Shown: positions 9,640-20,121 of the stretch, piece after piece | How the letters are laid out: every line of letters starts with the position of its first letter | How positions within the stretch are numbered: position 1 is the first letter of the stretch | DNA from: an uncultured Bdellovibrio sp. | GTDB lineage: Bacteria; Bdellovibrionota; Bdellovibrionia; Bdellovibrionales; Bdellovibrionaceae | Assembly: GCA_963932905.1 (NCBI GenBank) | Contig: CAWVRN010000018.1 | Coordinates: 23,628 to 87,627, forward strand | DNA length: 64,000 bases | Direction: 5' to 3' | The notes under the pieces: model-generated | Seen by the model: the letters and a program-made list of their open reading frames with translations, nothing else | Databases searched by the model: none | Told to the model about the DNA's origin: nothing | Position numbers and translations under genes: made by a program

Positions 9640-10413
9640 TTAGGCTTTCCAACTTGGTTTTCTATTTTCAAGAAAACCTTTGATACCCTCTTGCCCTTCG
9701 TTTGATACGCGAAGTTCAGAGATAAGTTTAGTCGTTACATCTTTATGTTGATTTGGATTTAGGTTGGCTAGTTCACGAAGTAGTTTTTTTGTGCGACGAA
9801 CGGCCACGGGTCCGTTATCTTTGTACAAATGAAGGACACGTTGAAATTCTTTGGTGCCTTCCTCTTTGCTGGCAGCTAGATTTACTAAACCTAGTTGTTG
9901 CGCGTGAACGTCGGTGAACACTTCTGCTGATGTCATATAGTATTTAATGGCCGGGGTACATTTATCTAATACAAAGCTAGAAATAACCGCTGGCGCGATT
10001 CCTAGCTTCACTTCGCTGAAACAAAACTTAGTTCCCGTTTCCGCAACGACGTAATCACAACAGGCTACTAAACCTAACGCGCCACCAAACACAGCACCAT
10101 GAACATGAGCCACAATTGGTAAGTCCAAGTTCTTCATCGCCGCGAACATTTCGTATAATTTTTCAGAATCTTTCTTGTTTTCATCCAAAGAAAAATTCAC
10201 CATCGATTTCATCCAGTTTAGATCGGCACCGGCGCAGAATGCTTTGCCTTCACCCGTTAAGCCCACTGCTTTCAAATCAGTACGTACTTGCAGTGCTAAA
10301 AATGTCTGCGTTAGTTCTTCGATCATTTCGCTATTGAACGCGTTTCTAACGTCAGGGCGATTTAATTTAATAAATGCAATCTGATCTATTTCTGTGAATA
10401 CAAGTGTCTTCAT
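9640..10413 (-). CDS. liuC: Methylglutaconyl-CoA hydratase (crotonase family)
   Basis: LNRPDVRNAF, FCAGADL, GGALGL and FSEVKLG; sits between the MCC subunits. Confidence 0.9.
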   Translation of the reverse strand: MKTLVFTEIDQIAFIKLNRPDVRNAFNSEMIEELTQTFLALQVRTDLKAVGLTGEGKAFCAGADLNWMKSMVNFSLDENKKDSEKLYEMFAAMKNLDLPIVAHVHGAVFGGALGLVACCDYVVAETGTKFCFSEVKLGIAPAVISSFVLDKCTPAIKYYMTSAEVFTDVHAQQLGLVNLAASKEEGTKEFQRVLHLYKDNGPVAVRRTKKLLRELANLNPNQHKDVTTKLISELRVSNEGQEGIKGFLENRKPSWKA

Positions 10414-10419
10414 TTCATC

Positions 10420-12027
10420 CTACATTCTGAAAACGCCCTGCTTACGCTCGGGCCATTTCTTATTTAAACTTGCAGCAATACCTAAAGCCAACACACGACG
10501 TGTATCTTTAGGATCGATGATACCGTCATCCCAGATTCTAGACGTTGAAAAATACGCCGAACTTTCCGCTGCGTATTTATCTAGGATTGGTTTTTTGAAA
10601 TCCGCTTGTTCTTGTTCCGACATCGTTACTTTTTTAAGAGCTAATTGATCTTTCTTCACTGTCAGCAACACATTCGCAGCTTGTTCGCCGCCCATAACGG
10701 AAATGCGTGCGTTTGGCCACATCCACAATTGTCGTGGTTGATACGCGCGTCCGCACATCCCGTAATTACCCGCACCATATGACCCGCCAATTACGACGGT
10801 GAATTTTGGAACGCTGGCATTACTTACTGCCATAACCATTTTCGCACCATGCTTGGCAATACCTTCATTTTCGTATTTTCTGCCAACCATAAAGCCAGTG
10901 ATATTTTGCAAAAAGATCAGCGGAACTTGGCGCTGTTCACAGAGCTCGATAAAATGCGCTGCCTTCAACGCGCTTTCGCTGAACAACACGCCATTATTAG
11001 CGATAATACCGACGGGAAAACCCCAGATGTGTGCAAAACCAGTGACTAATGTTTTTCCATACAAAGGTTTAAATTCGTGAAAATCAGATCCATCAACTAA
11101 ACGCGCGATCACTTCACGAACATCGAAAGGGCGTTTTGAATCTTCAGGAATCAAACCATACAGTTCTTCCACTGGGTATTTTGGTTCTTGATAGGGCTGC
11201 TGATTAATTGGCATTTCACGACGTTTGTTTAAATGCTTAACGATTTCTTTTGTGATTTCCAAAGCGTCTTCATCATTTTCTGCAAAATGATCTGTTACAC
11301 CGCTAACTTCGCAGTGCACTTGTGCGCCGCCCAGATCCTGCGCGGAAACTTCTTCACCTGTGGCTGCTTTTACTAACGGAGGTCCACCCAAGAAGATAGT
11401 TCCATTTTCTTTCACAATTACGTTTTCATCGCTCATGGAAGGCACGTAAGCGCCGCCGGCCGTGCACGAACCCATAACCACTGAAATTTGCGAAATGTTT
11501 TCGGCAGACATCTGAGCTTGATTATAAAAAATACGACCAAAATGATCGCGATCAGGGAATACTTCAGACTGCAATGGCAAGAAAGCGCCGCCGCTATCCA
11601 CTAGGTAAATACATGGTAGACCATTTTCACGCGCAACTTCTTGCGCGCGAAGATGTTTTTTCACCGACAAAGGGAAATAGGTTCCACCTTTTACCGTCGC
11701 ATCGTTCGCTACGATCATAACTTCCACACCAGAAACAACACCGATACCTGTCACAACACCGGCACCAGGTGCTTCGTTATCATAAACATCCCACGCTGCT
11801 AATGTTGAGAATTCTAGAAAACTGGTTCCTGGGTCGACCAAAAATTCAATACGTTCACGGGCTGATAATTTGCCGCGACTTTTGTGCTTCTTCAGTGCGT
11901 CCGCACCACCGCCCATTTTTACGGTATTAATACGGTTTTGCAGTTCTTCTACAAGACCCATCATAAATTTTTTGTTGGCCGCAAAATCACTGCCGGAAGA
12001 ATCAATCTCTGTTTCAATAATAGCCAT
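10420..12027 (-). CDS. liuB: Methylcrotonyl-CoA carboxylase beta (carboxyltransferase) subunit
   Basis: [47 protein letters not shown] and C-terminal GVFRM. Confidence 0.95.
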   Translation of the reverse strand: MAIIETEIDSSGSDFAANKKFMMGLVEELQNRINTVKMGGGADALKKHKSRGKLSARERIEFLVDPGTSFLEFSTLAAWDVYDNEAPGAGVVTGIGVVSGVEVMIVANDATVKGGTYFPLSVKKHLRAQEVARENGLPCIYLVDSGGAFLPLQSEVFPDRDHFGRIFYNQAQMSAENISQISVVMGSCTAGGAYVPSMSDENVIVKENGTIFLGGPPLVKAATGEEVSAQDLGGAQVHCEVSGVTDHFAENDEDALEITKEIVKHLNKRREMPINQQPYQEPKYPVEELYGLIPEDSKRPFDVREVIARLVDGSDFHEFKPLYGKTLVTGFAHIWGFPVGIIANNGVLFSESALKAAHFIELCEQRQVPLIFLQNITGFMVGRKYENEGIAKHGAKMVMAVSNASVPKFTVVIGGSYGAGNYGMCGRAYQPRQLWMWPNARISVMGGEQAANVLLTVKKDQLALKKVTMSEQEQADFKKPILDKYAAESSAYFSTSRIWDDGIIDPKDTRRVLALGIAASLNKKWPERKQGVFRM

Positions 12028-12039
12028 AAAAAATCTCTT

Positions 12040-12723
12040 TTAGTTTTTCTCTTTCAATTGAAGTGCTGATTTTAATTTTGCCACGATCTTAACTTCAGAA
12101 ACGATGGCGTCCTTATCATCAAAAATAAATAAATTCGTATCTACATTGGTTGTCGAGTTACTGCGCAATTCAGTCAGTGCTGATTCACGTGATTCCGCAG
12201 ACAACTCAAACCGTACACGAAGAGATGCCGTTTCTTCTGTTTTACGTTTTTCATAAACGACTTTATCGATTTGAAAACTGAATTCCCCAATGGGGGCGTG
12301 TCGCAGCCACAAAATTTTAAAACTTTCAACGCTGGCTGTGATGATAGCTGAATCTAACCACTGACCTTCCTCGTCTAGGTTTCTAGGGCGCTTAGGAATT
12401 ACAACTTCGATTTGAGTGTCATTTAATTTGGAAACCCGAAGCCCCATACCCAAGGTAGCTGGCCTGAAGAAGTCTAGGAAATAACTCAATGCTTCTCTAG
12501 AAGCTTGTGGGGTCCACTTTTCCACATAAGACATGAAATCCACGATGTGAGGACGGATGCCTTTAACTTCGAAAAATACTTTCAGATTCTGCCAAAGCTT
12601 GTCTTCAGCCATACCATCGACCGCTCCACCAATCAGTTCCTGTGCCTGATTCCAGTTTTCCAGCACCTTTTTTTCAAATTGCGCCCGCTTATTCAACAGT
12701 GAATTCATCCAGTCCATTTGCAT
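12040..12723 (-). CDS. Hypothetical protein, possible hot-dog fold (DUF4442/YiiD-like)
   Basis: P-x-x-x-GMGLRV...IP..RN pattern resembles hot-dog thioesterase-like proteins. ATG 12723 preferred to TTG 12774. Confidence 0.5.
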   Translation of the reverse strand: MQMDWMNSLLNKRAQFEKKVLENWNQAQELIGGAVDGMAEDKLWQNLKVFFEVKGIRPHIVDFMSYVEKWTPQASREALSYFLDFFRPATLGMGLRVSKLNDTQIEVVIPKRPRNLDEEGQWLDSAIITASVESFKILWLRHAPIGEFSFQIDKVVYEKRKTEETASLRVRFELSAESRESALTELRSNSTTNVDTNLFIFDDKDAIVSEVKIVAKLKSALQLKEKN

Positions 12724-12858
12724 AACACCCTTTCGAATTTTCTTTCTGTAACGGTTATCGAATTCGTTTATCAAAAATATTGAAAAACTTTGAGTTTCAT
12801 TTTGCCATTAATGACTTATCTGGCTATAGTGTCTAACATAAAATAGAGGTAATATTCT

Positions 12859-13428
12859 ATGATGAAAATTCTAAGTCTGATAGTTTTTGTGATCCTTTTG
12901 TCATGGACATGGCATGTTGTACACAGCAGTGCACCTATTGGTTTCGAGACGCACTCGGACATTCAGGCAAAAATGAAAGAGTTGATCGAAACCACTATCA
13001 AATCTCGCAAGCCAGACACAAAAAGCGTAGAAATCGTGAAAATTTGGACACGTGATATCGGCGATCGCAAAATTCAAGCGGATTTTACTTACCGTTTCAT
13101 CGAAACGACAGCTCAAAATGAATCTACTGAGCGCGTGATTGATGGCGAAGCGGTTCTTTTCCGCGATATTTCCGATAATCCAAGCTTAGATCAATGGACG
13201 GTTCAATCGTTAGTAACCAAAGGCGATTCGATTTCGTTCAATGAAGGCTCAACTGTAAGTCCAAATAATCAGACGGCAGATGAAAATCCATCGACCACGC
13301 AATCTCAAAATCCACCCTCAGAAAACCCGATGACTCCACCGCTTCCTACTGATGGGGGCAAAGCTCCTCAGCACGCGCCAGGAGCAGCGCCAGAGCCTAA
13401 AAAAGAAGCGCCTAAAGCGGCGCACTAG
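12859..13428 (+). CDS. Membrane-anchored hypothetical protein with Pro-rich C-terminal tail
   Basis: N-terminal TM/signal segment, GAGG RBS, low-complexity tail. Confidence 0.7.
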   Translation: MMKILSLIVFVILLSWTWHVVHSSAPIGFETHSDIQAKMKELIETTIKSRKPDTKSVEIVKIWTRDIGDRKIQADFTYRFIETTAQNESTERVIDGEAVLFRDISDNPSLDQWTVQSLVTKGDSISFNEGSTVSPNNQTADENPSTTQSQNPPSENPMTPPLPTDGGKAPQHAPGAAPEPKKEAPKAAH

Positions 13429-13456
13429 TTTAGTTAACGTTAATTTTGCACTTAAA

Positions 13457-14590
13457 ATGAACAATTCAAATATGTCCGACCGTTTCGCAGTAGTCGATGA
13501 AAACGGTTGGATTTTTTTCGATAATCGACAAATCGAGGATTCCGCGGCCGCCAAAGATTTCTTTGCGCAGCTCCACTTTTTACCGAACCGATCGTTTGGC
13601 TCACAGCTGTTGGGCGAAGCAGTCATTGTCGAAGCGTTCGACGCCCCCCTGGTTGTTCAAACTTTTGAATTCGATCCTATCGCCCGACAGGTGAGGCTTC
13701 TTTTTAACTACGGATACAAATTGGAAATCGAAACTGACATTTTCACATCGCAAGTTTTACCTGGATTCTTTTTGGATTCCTGGGACCGTGTTTATGGTGA
13801 AACGAAACAAGGTATTCCCTTTAGTTTTACAAAAAAAGCCTTGGGAGAATTTTTCGACAGCCTTGATGAATTTGACGATGAATCTGTCGTTTTTAATGGC
13901 AAGCACGTAGAAATCAAACCCTTGTGGCAAGACGAACCCGAAATCCAGGGCGTCGACTGGTGGAATAAGGCCTACACTGGCGAAGTCGAAACCGTCACTA
14001 GCCCCGAATTTCAGAAATCATCAAAGTCTTTCGCCGTCAATCCCGGTTGGAATATGGAAGCCCCAGCGACGACTTTGAAAGATATGCTGCCAAGAATGAA
14101 GCTGCCCAAATCCCGTGTCCTAGTTTTAGGTTGCGGAGACAGTCACGATGCCGCTTTCTTTGCACAAAGTGGTCACATGGTTACGGCGGTGGATTTTTCA
14201 GAGCATGCGATCGAGCGTTCAAAAAAATTGTACGGACACATGACAAACATCACTTGGCTACAAGCCGACGTTTTCAAATTGCCTGACAGTTTCAACAACG
14301 CTTTTGATTTAGTTTATGAATACACCTGCTTCTGTGCGATCAATCCTGTTCAGCGCGCGCAATTAATTCAAGTATGGTCACGCTGCCTACATGACCAAGG
14401 GCAATTGATGGCCACCCTATTCTGCATGCATAAACGCAGTGGGCCTCCGTTCGGTGGCACTGAATGGGAATACCGCGAGCTTTTGAAAAAACGATTTCAA
14501 ACATTGATTTGGTCACGCTGGAGAAAATCAGATCCACGCCGCCAAGGTCGCGAACTCTATATCTTAGCTCAAAAGCGGAAACTTCTATGA
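13457..14590 (+). CDS. Class I SAM-dependent methyltransferase (TPMT / thiol-halide methyltransferase-like) with an extra N-terminal domain
   Basis: LVLGCGDSHD, VDFS, FDLVYEYTCFCA and GPPF. ATG 13457 chosen to avoid overlap with the upstream gene. Confidence 0.8.
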   Translation: MNNSNMSDRFAVVDENGWIFFDNRQIEDSAAAKDFFAQLHFLPNRSFGSQLLGEAVIVEAFDAPLVVQTFEFDPIARQVRLLFNYGYKLEIETDIFTSQVLPGFFLDSWDRVYGETKQGIPFSFTKKALGEFFDSLDEFDDESVVFNGKHVEIKPLWQDEPEIQGVDWWNKAYTGEVETVTSPEFQKSSKSFAVNPGWNMEAPATTLKDMLPRMKLPKSRVLVLGCGDSHDAAFFAQSGHMVTAVDFSEHAIERSKKLYGHMTNITWLQADVFKLPDSFNNAFDLVYEYTCFCAINPVQRAQLIQVWSRCLHDQGQLMATLFCMHKRSGPPFGGTEWEYRELLKKRFQTLIWSRWRKSDPRRQGRELYILAQKRKLL

Positions 14591-15114
14591 ACCTAAAATT
14601 TTCATTCGCTCAGACATCGGAATCCAAAACGATAGCTGATCTAGTGAATTCAGCTTATCGAGGTGATTCATCTAAAGCCGGATGGACCACCGAGGCTCAC
14701 TTATTAGATGGCCAAAGAACCGATGCCAATGAAATCAAAGAAAAAATCGAAGAAAAGAACACCTTCATCTTAACCGCACGCGAGAACGGCGAGATCATAG
14801 GCAGTTGCGAACTAGTTTCTGATCCAGCAGCCAGTGAGTTGTATTTTGGAATGTTTACGATCAAACCGACGTCGCAAAACAAGGGACTGGGAAAAGAATT
14901 TTTGAAACACGTTGAACAATTGGCGGAAGAATGGAAACTGAAAACGATTAAAATGACTGTGATCACACTGCGCAGGGAATTGATTGAATATTATGTGCGC
15001 CGCGGATTTCGCGTCACAAACGAATTCATTCCATTTCCAACGGAAGAGCGTTTTGGTTTGCCCAAGGTTGAAAATTTAGAGATGGTTTATCTCGTAAAGG
15101 ATATCCATGAGTAA
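14587..15114 (+). CDS. GNAT family N-acetyltransferase
   Basis: VNSAYRG, GWTTE, QNKGLG acetyl-CoA motif and YYVRRGF; ATGA overlap with the methyltransferase stop. Confidence 0.9.
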   Translation: MNLKFSFAQTSESKTIADLVNSAYRGDSSKAGWTTEAHLLDGQRTDANEIKEKIEEKNTFILTARENGEIIGSCELVSDPAASELYFGMFTIKPTSQNKGLGKEFLKHVEQLAEEWKLKTIKMTVITLRRELIEYYVRRGFRVTNEFIPFPTEERFGLPKVENLEMVYLVKDIHE

Positions 15115-16084
15115 TGCTATTGAAGTTAAAAACCTAAATCGAGTTTATTATTCTTATGAAAAGTCAGTCGGATTATTGTCGTCGATTCAAGGGTTGTGGA
15201 ATCGTAGACACACTGAAAAATCGGCGTTGTCGGATATCAATCTGACGATTCCGGCAGGACAGGTCATTGGTTTGGTTGGATCTAACGGTGCTGGCAAAAC
15301 GACATTGATTAAAACATTGTCCGGCTTGATTCCCGCTACCAGTGGCGATGTCAAGGTACTTGGCTTCAATCCGTTTGAACGGAAGAATGAATTCTTGCGT
15401 GATATTTCAGTTTTGCTGGGGCAAAAAAATCAACTTTGGTGGGATATTGCGCCAGTGGATAGCTACCAATTGCTGATGAACATTTATGATCTAGATGTAA
15501 ATAAAACGCAGAAAAAAGTAAAAGAACTGGCCGACATTCTAAATTGTACGCATGTTCTAGAAACACAGCTTCGCCGATTAAGCTTAGGCGAACGCATGAA
15601 AATGGAAATCATCGGGTCACTTTTACATGATCCAAAAATTTTATTTTTGGACGAACCTACGATTGGTCTTGATATTGTGGCGCAGACTTCCATTCGTAAT
15701 TTTTTATCGAATTATGTGAAGGAAAAAAAACCGACAATCATCCTGACCAGCCACTATATGGATGATATTTCTAAATTAGCCGATCGACTGGTAATTATCA
15801 GTAAAGGTAAAATTTTTTACGATGGCTCAATCGAAAAATTTACTCAGAAATCAGTTCAAAAAAAACGATTAAAAATTATATTTGAAACGCCAGTAAAAGA
15901 AAATATACAGATTGCTGTGGATATTAATTTGATCGCCGGTGCAAAAGCCTTGGACCTCGAAGTTGAACCGGCTAAAATCGCGGACACGATCACCCGCATT
16001 TCGCAAAAAGAATCGATACAGGACATTTATACAGAAGAAATTGATTTCGAAGAAACTATTCGCGAGTTTTTGAAAAAGGAATAA
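15107..16084 (+). CDS. ABC transporter ATP-binding protein
   Basis: Walker A GSNGAGKTT, signature LSLGERMK, LFLDEPTIGLD and TSH. Confidence 0.95.
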   Translation: MSNAIEVKNLNRVYYSYEKSVGLLSSIQGLWNRRHTEKSALSDINLTIPAGQVIGLVGSNGAGKTTLIKTLSGLIPATSGDVKVLGFNPFERKNEFLRDISVLLGQKNQLWWDIAPVDSYQLLMNIYDLDVNKTQKKVKELADILNCTHVLETQLRRLSLGERMKMEIIGSLLHDPKILFLDEPTIGLDIVAQTSIRNFLSNYVKEKKPTIILTSHYMDDISKLADRLVIISKGKIFYDGSIEKFTQKSVQKKRLKIIFETPVKENIQIAVDINLIAGAKALDLEVEPAKIADTITRISQKESIQDIYTEEIDFEETIREFLKKE

Positions 16085-16890
16085 TGAGACAGTTCTTCAA
16101 GAGAAACTTAGCTTTTGCCAAACTGGGTATCCAAACAAACTTGGAATACCGATTCAACTTCTTAATCGATGCGGTTGTCCAACCAGCGATGACGGGATCT
16201 ATAGAAATATTTCTATGGTTGGCACTGTTCGCTGCTGTTAAAACTGATACATTGAATGGTTTTTCAAAAGAAAGCTATCTAGCGTATGTGATTTGGTCGT
16301 CCTTCATTGGACGTGTAGCGATCAGCTGGATGTATGAACACCTAATGATGGAAGAAATTGAAACCGGCAGTATAAATGCCATCATTTTGCGACCAATGAC
16401 ATTCTTTGAATACTATTTAAGCCAGCTATTAGGCTACAAATTTATAATTTATTTCTGTTCGATGCTTGTTCCCTTATGTGTGACGCTCTATTTTAATTTG
16501 CCTACGGACTTGAGTCGATTTCCACTTATTACACTCTTGGTTTTTTATTATTTGATTTTCGTTCACGCGATGAGTTTTTTAACTGCCTGCTTTGCTTTTT
16601 TTCTAAACCGCGTACGATCCTTTACAATTGTAAAAAACTTTACGATTTACATTATGTCGGGGGAATTGTTTCCGCTAGATTTGCTGCCTGAGTTTTGGAA
16701 AAACCTATTTTTAAAACTGCCATTTTCATCAGGCGTTTATATTCCGGTCGGTTACGTCACCGGACGGTTAGGCACCGACATGGTTATGCAAGGATTCATC
16801 AATACGACTATTGGTTTAGTTGTTGTACTGTCCATTTCGTATTTTGTTTGGAGAAAAGGGTTAGGGAGCTACAGTGGCACAGGTGCTTAG
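16084..16890 (+). CDS. ABC-2 family permease (DUF990-like)
   Basis: About 6 TM segments, EYR and SGELFPL; translationally coupled to the ATPase. Confidence 0.85.
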   Translation: MRQFFKRNLAFAKLGIQTNLEYRFNFLIDAVVQPAMTGSIEIFLWLALFAAVKTDTLNGFSKESYLAYVIWSSFIGRVAISWMYEHLMMEEIETGSINAIILRPMTFFEYYLSQLLGYKFIIYFCSMLVPLCVTLYFNLPTDLSRFPLITLLVFYYLIFVHAMSFLTACFAFFLNRVRSFTIVKNFTIYIMSGELFPLDLLPEFWKNLFLKLPFSSGVYIPVGYVTGRLGTDMVMQGFINTTIGLVVVLSISYFVWRKGLGSYSGTGA

Positions 16891-17671
16891 AAAGTACTTC
16901 CGATTGTTTTCGATTTTGTTGAAAACAAGTTTCATAGCCGATCTTGAATTCCGTGTGAATTTCACGCTGCGTATTTTCACGGACATCATGTGGTACATGA
17001 TGCAGGCCTTGTCGTTTGAGGTGTTATTTAACTACACACCTCACATTGGTGACTGGGATAGACTGCAAATGCGGGTGTTCCTGGGAGTTCTATTTGTTGT
17101 GGATTCACTGTATATGATCTTTGTTCAAGATAATGCTGATCGATTTGCCGACAAGGTCCGCAAAGGTGAACTTGATTTCATATTAGCTAAACCCGTTTCT
17201 TCGCAGTTCTTAGTTAGTTTCCAAAAGGTTGCAACAGCCAGTTTTGGAAATTTACTGATTGCCGTCGGATTTCTTGTGTATGCTTTAATGTCTATCGAAG
17301 ATTTCAATTGGTACCGTCTGTTTTGGTTCTTCCTAATACTGCCTTCAAGTTTCATCGTCGTCTACACCTCACGCTTTTTCTTTACGTGCTTGAATTTGAT
17401 CTTTGTAAAATCAGAATCGGTGCAGTTCTTATGGTACAACTGCTACAAATTAGGAATGCGTCCTGATTCTATTTATTTCCCATTTATGAAGTTAATTCTA
17501 TTGACGGTGTTCCCAATGGCTTTTGTTGCCAGCGTCCCCGCGCGAATGCTGCTAGAACCACCGAATGCGCTTTTGATTGTATGGAGCTTAGTTATTGGAC
17601 CACTATTTCTGTATATATCGAATAAGTTTTGGAACTATTGTCTGCGATATTATGCGAGTGCGAGTAGCTAG
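16874..17671 (+). CDS. ABC-2 family permease (DUF990-like), second subunit
   Basis: About 6 TM segments, GELDFILAKP and C-terminal YASASS. Confidence 0.85.
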   Translation: MAQVLRKYFRLFSILLKTSFIADLEFRVNFTLRIFTDIMWYMMQALSFEVLFNYTPHIGDWDRLQMRVFLGVLFVVDSLYMIFVQDNADRFADKVRKGELDFILAKPVSSQFLVSFQKVATASFGNLLIAVGFLVYALMSIEDFNWYRLFWFFLILPSSFIVVYTSRFFFTCLNLIFVKSESVQFLWYNCYKLGMRPDSIYFPFMKLILLTVFPMAFVASVPARMLLEPPNALLIVWSLVIGPLFLYISNKFWNYCLRYYASASS

Positions 17672-17691
17672 ATTTCTCTAATAAAATTCAC

Positions 17692-17722
17692 AAAAAAAGC
17701 CGCATTTTCATGCGGCCTTTTT
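17692..17722. terminator. Bidirectional rho-independent terminator
   Basis: A7-GCCGCAT-TTTC-ATGCGGC-CTTTTT between convergent genes. Confidence 0.8.
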
Positions 17723-17750
17723 CGTTGATTTGTAGTTGTCACCTATAGGA

Positions 17751-18449
17751 CTAGTAACGTTCCAATTCAAACACGATGTTGTAGATGTAGGCTGCACCCG
17801 ATACGCTGATACGTAAATCAGATGAATTATAACCTACATAGTAACCGTATGAACCTGGATACAAGTAAACATCAGATCCTGATGTGTATTTTGCATCTAA
17901 CAACTGACCGTTAGCAATCAATGTCACTGTTGCTGCTGAATCACCAGATACATCCACGCGGATATTTTTCAAACGGTAACCAGAGTATCTATAACCTAGT
18001 AAACTATTTACGTAGAAGTTCTCGTTGTATACCCAACGATTTACGTACGAAGTTTTGTATTGGGTGTAATTTGGATAGCCTGGAGTTGGATAACTTGGGT
18101 AACCCGGACTTGGATACACTGGGCCTGGATAAGGAACAGGAATTGGGATTGGTATCGGACGAGGTGTTGGACGCGGAGTCGGTCTTGGAATTGGGCGTGG
18201 ATCTGGTTGCGGTCGCGGAGACGGAACTGGAGTTGGTGTCGGTCGCGGGATCGGTCGCGGAGTTGGCGTTGGAGTCGGTCTAACGGGCTGTGGATTCCCC
18301 GGACGTGGCACAACGGCCGTTGCTTTGTTTGAGTCACCGCCTGGCACCACATAACCATAGGCAGTTTGGACATTTAGTAATGATACTGTCATGATAGCGA
18401 CAGTCGATACTAATGTCAGTTTAGTTGTTACCGTTTTAGTGTTGAACAT
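17751..18449 (-). CDS. Secreted protein with Pro/Arg/Thr-rich repeat linker and Tyr-rich C-terminal beta domain
   Basis: Signal peptide, (PRPTP/PRPIP)n tract, GGGG RBS. Confidence 0.8.
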   Translation of the reverse strand: MFNTKTVTTKLTLVSTVAIMTVSLLNVQTAYGYVVPGGDSNKATAVVPRPGNPQPVRPTPTPTPRPIPRPTPTPVPSPRPQPDPRPIPRPTPRPTPRPIPIPIPVPYPGPVYPSPGYPSYPTPGYPNYTQYKTSYVNRWVYNENFYVNSLLGYRYSGYRLKNIRVDVSGDSAATVTLIANGQLLDAKYTSGSDVYLYPGSYGYYVGYNSSDLRISVSGAAYIYNIVFELERY

Positions 18450-18516
18450 GATTCCCCCATTTTTGGTTCGTTTTTACTAAAAAATTTGTACTAAGAGCCA
18501 TTCACAATACTTCAAA

Positions 18517-18532
18517 AGCAAACATCATACCG
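18517..18532 (-). promoter_or_regulatory. Sigma54-type -24/-12 promoter for the Pro-rich gene
   Basis: Minus strand CGGTATGATGTTTGCT = GG-N10-GC with TTTGCT. Confidence 0.55.
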
Positions 18533-18644
18533 CATACTTAGAGTCATTTTGCCACCCAAAAACTGCGTGGCGAAAAACACAATTGGCCAAACTTTTTCCT
18601 AAAAAAACTGTGTCCAATTTCAAAAGAATTGTCACCTAATTACC

Positions 18645-18661
18645 TGTCAAAATGAGTGACA
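18645..18661. promoter_or_regulatory. TGTC-N9-GACA palindromic site
   Basis: TGTCAAAATGAGTGACA, about 115 bp upstream of the sigma54-like promoter. Confidence 0.5.
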
Positions 18662-18699
18662 TAGGCTTTTTCTAAAAAACCAATTAGTCTGCCGGGCTT

Positions 18700-20112
18700 A
18701 TGAAAAGATCTGCGTTGTTTTTGTTTTCGATTGTCATTTCTAGATCTTGGTCAATACTTGCTGAACCAACAATCACCTGCCCAACAGATAAAAGTGGCAA
18801 ATCATTAACCGATTGGCGTACCGCTGCAATTCAAAAGTTAGTAACTAGCAATGCTTCGTTTACTCCGTTCACTGAAGTTCAAAGTGATTTGAAAGAATGC
18901 TTTGGCGAAAAAGTTCCCAGTTGTATGAGCGATTTGAAATACTATGCTCATTATAAACCAAATCCAATTTCGTCGTATAACGTGGATGAAATCTATAATA
19001 AATCAATGGAACTGCAGTCCGAAAATTTCCTTCCAAAAGAACTCACCGTTTCAAATGTTGTTGGTGAAGTCATAAAGGGGTACGTAAAAATCCCAGCAAA
19101 TTTTCATGAACTTGCCAAAGAAAAAAACTGGCTAACAACATCCTACAAAACTCGCGAGCTAGGCGGCTTTGATAGTTCGAACAATTTATTTATTATGGTT
19201 TTTCCATCTGAAAAACGCGACACCGTTTTACAATTAAGTGTGGCTAAAGATGCGAACCCGTTTGCTTCAGCTTTTGATCCAGTGATTCGTCCACATAACG
19301 GGAATATGACTCAAGGATTTGATATTTTAACGATGATCACGGTGGATAAAACAAAAAACCCTCCGGTCGCGCAACTTAGAATTCTTCAAAAAGATCCCAC
19401 TCAAGAAAACACATATTTTTGGAATCCTGCAACTACGAACACGTCAGGTGCCCGAGCGTGCATTAGCTGTCATGCCTCTCCATTCCGCGCGATCAGCCCA
19501 GTGGGCTATAAATTTACGAATCATATCAAAACAGATTTTTTCAATGGCGAAGAAAAACCGATGGATGCCGAACAAAAGGCTATGACTGATAAAATTAACG
19601 AAATTATGAATCGCCCCGGAGTTTCTTGGGGGTCCACTGAAAAAGATGGACGTGAAATTCGTTTCGGACAAGACATCGATAGCCAACCATGGGGTTGGGC
19701 TCCACCCGACTCACCCACACGTAAAAAAGAATTCATCGAACAGTGCGCTTCGGAACGACAAGCCATCATAGGATCATCTCGTGCTGGCGGTCACTATCGC
19801 GTGGAACTAAATCCAGATATTAATGCACCGATCAGCTGGGAAAAAATATCCAAAGCCATGAACTGCGTGTCCTGCCACAACGGCAAAAATCGTGGTGTGA
19901 TCCATAATGAATTCTCGCCGAGTACAGTGGCATTCAAGATCGCCATCACTCGGGAAATGCCAGAATCTGACGACCCAGAAAATCCACTTCCACCTGACTT
20001 AAATGCGGATGAACGAATGGCCCTTGTTTGGTGCTTGAAAAAAGAGCGCACCCAAGTCGCCCAAGCCTGGAAAGAAAGCGGCTGGTGGATGCAACGTAGC
20101 AAATGTAAGTAA
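18700..20112 (+). CDS. Secreted protein with two CxxCH motifs (putative diheme cytochrome c)
   Basis: Signal peptide; CISCH and CVSCH; a C-terminal MP that could supply an axial Met. Confidence 0.7.
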   Translation: MKRSALFLFSIVISRSWSILAEPTITCPTDKSGKSLTDWRTAAIQKLVTSNASFTPFTEVQSDLKECFGEKVPSCMSDLKYYAHYKPNPISSYNVDEIYNKSMELQSENFLPKELTVSNVVGEVIKGYVKIPANFHELAKEKNWLTTSYKTRELGGFDSSNNLFIMVFPSEKRDTVLQLSVAKDANPFASAFDPVIRPHNGNMTQGFDILTMITVDKTKNPPVAQLRILQKDPTQENTYFWNPATTNTSGARACISCHASPFRAISPVGYKFTNHIKTDFFNGEEKPMDAEQKAMTDKINEIMNRPGVSWGSTEKDGREIRFGQDIDSQPWGWAPPDSPTRKKEFIEQCASERQAIIGSSRAGGHYRVELNPDINAPISWEKISKAMNCVSCHNGKNRGVIHNEFSPSTVAFKIAITREMPESDDPENPLPPDLNADERMALVWCLKKERTQVAQAWKESGWWMQRSKCK

Positions 20113-20121
20113 AGGGAAGTT

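Noticed and set aside
17921..18373. Three alternative-frame ORFs (Trp/Arg-rich, Leu/Glu-rich, Gln/Arg-rich)
   Set aside because: By-products of the proline-codon repeat tract of the 232-aa gene; no RBS or independent evidence.
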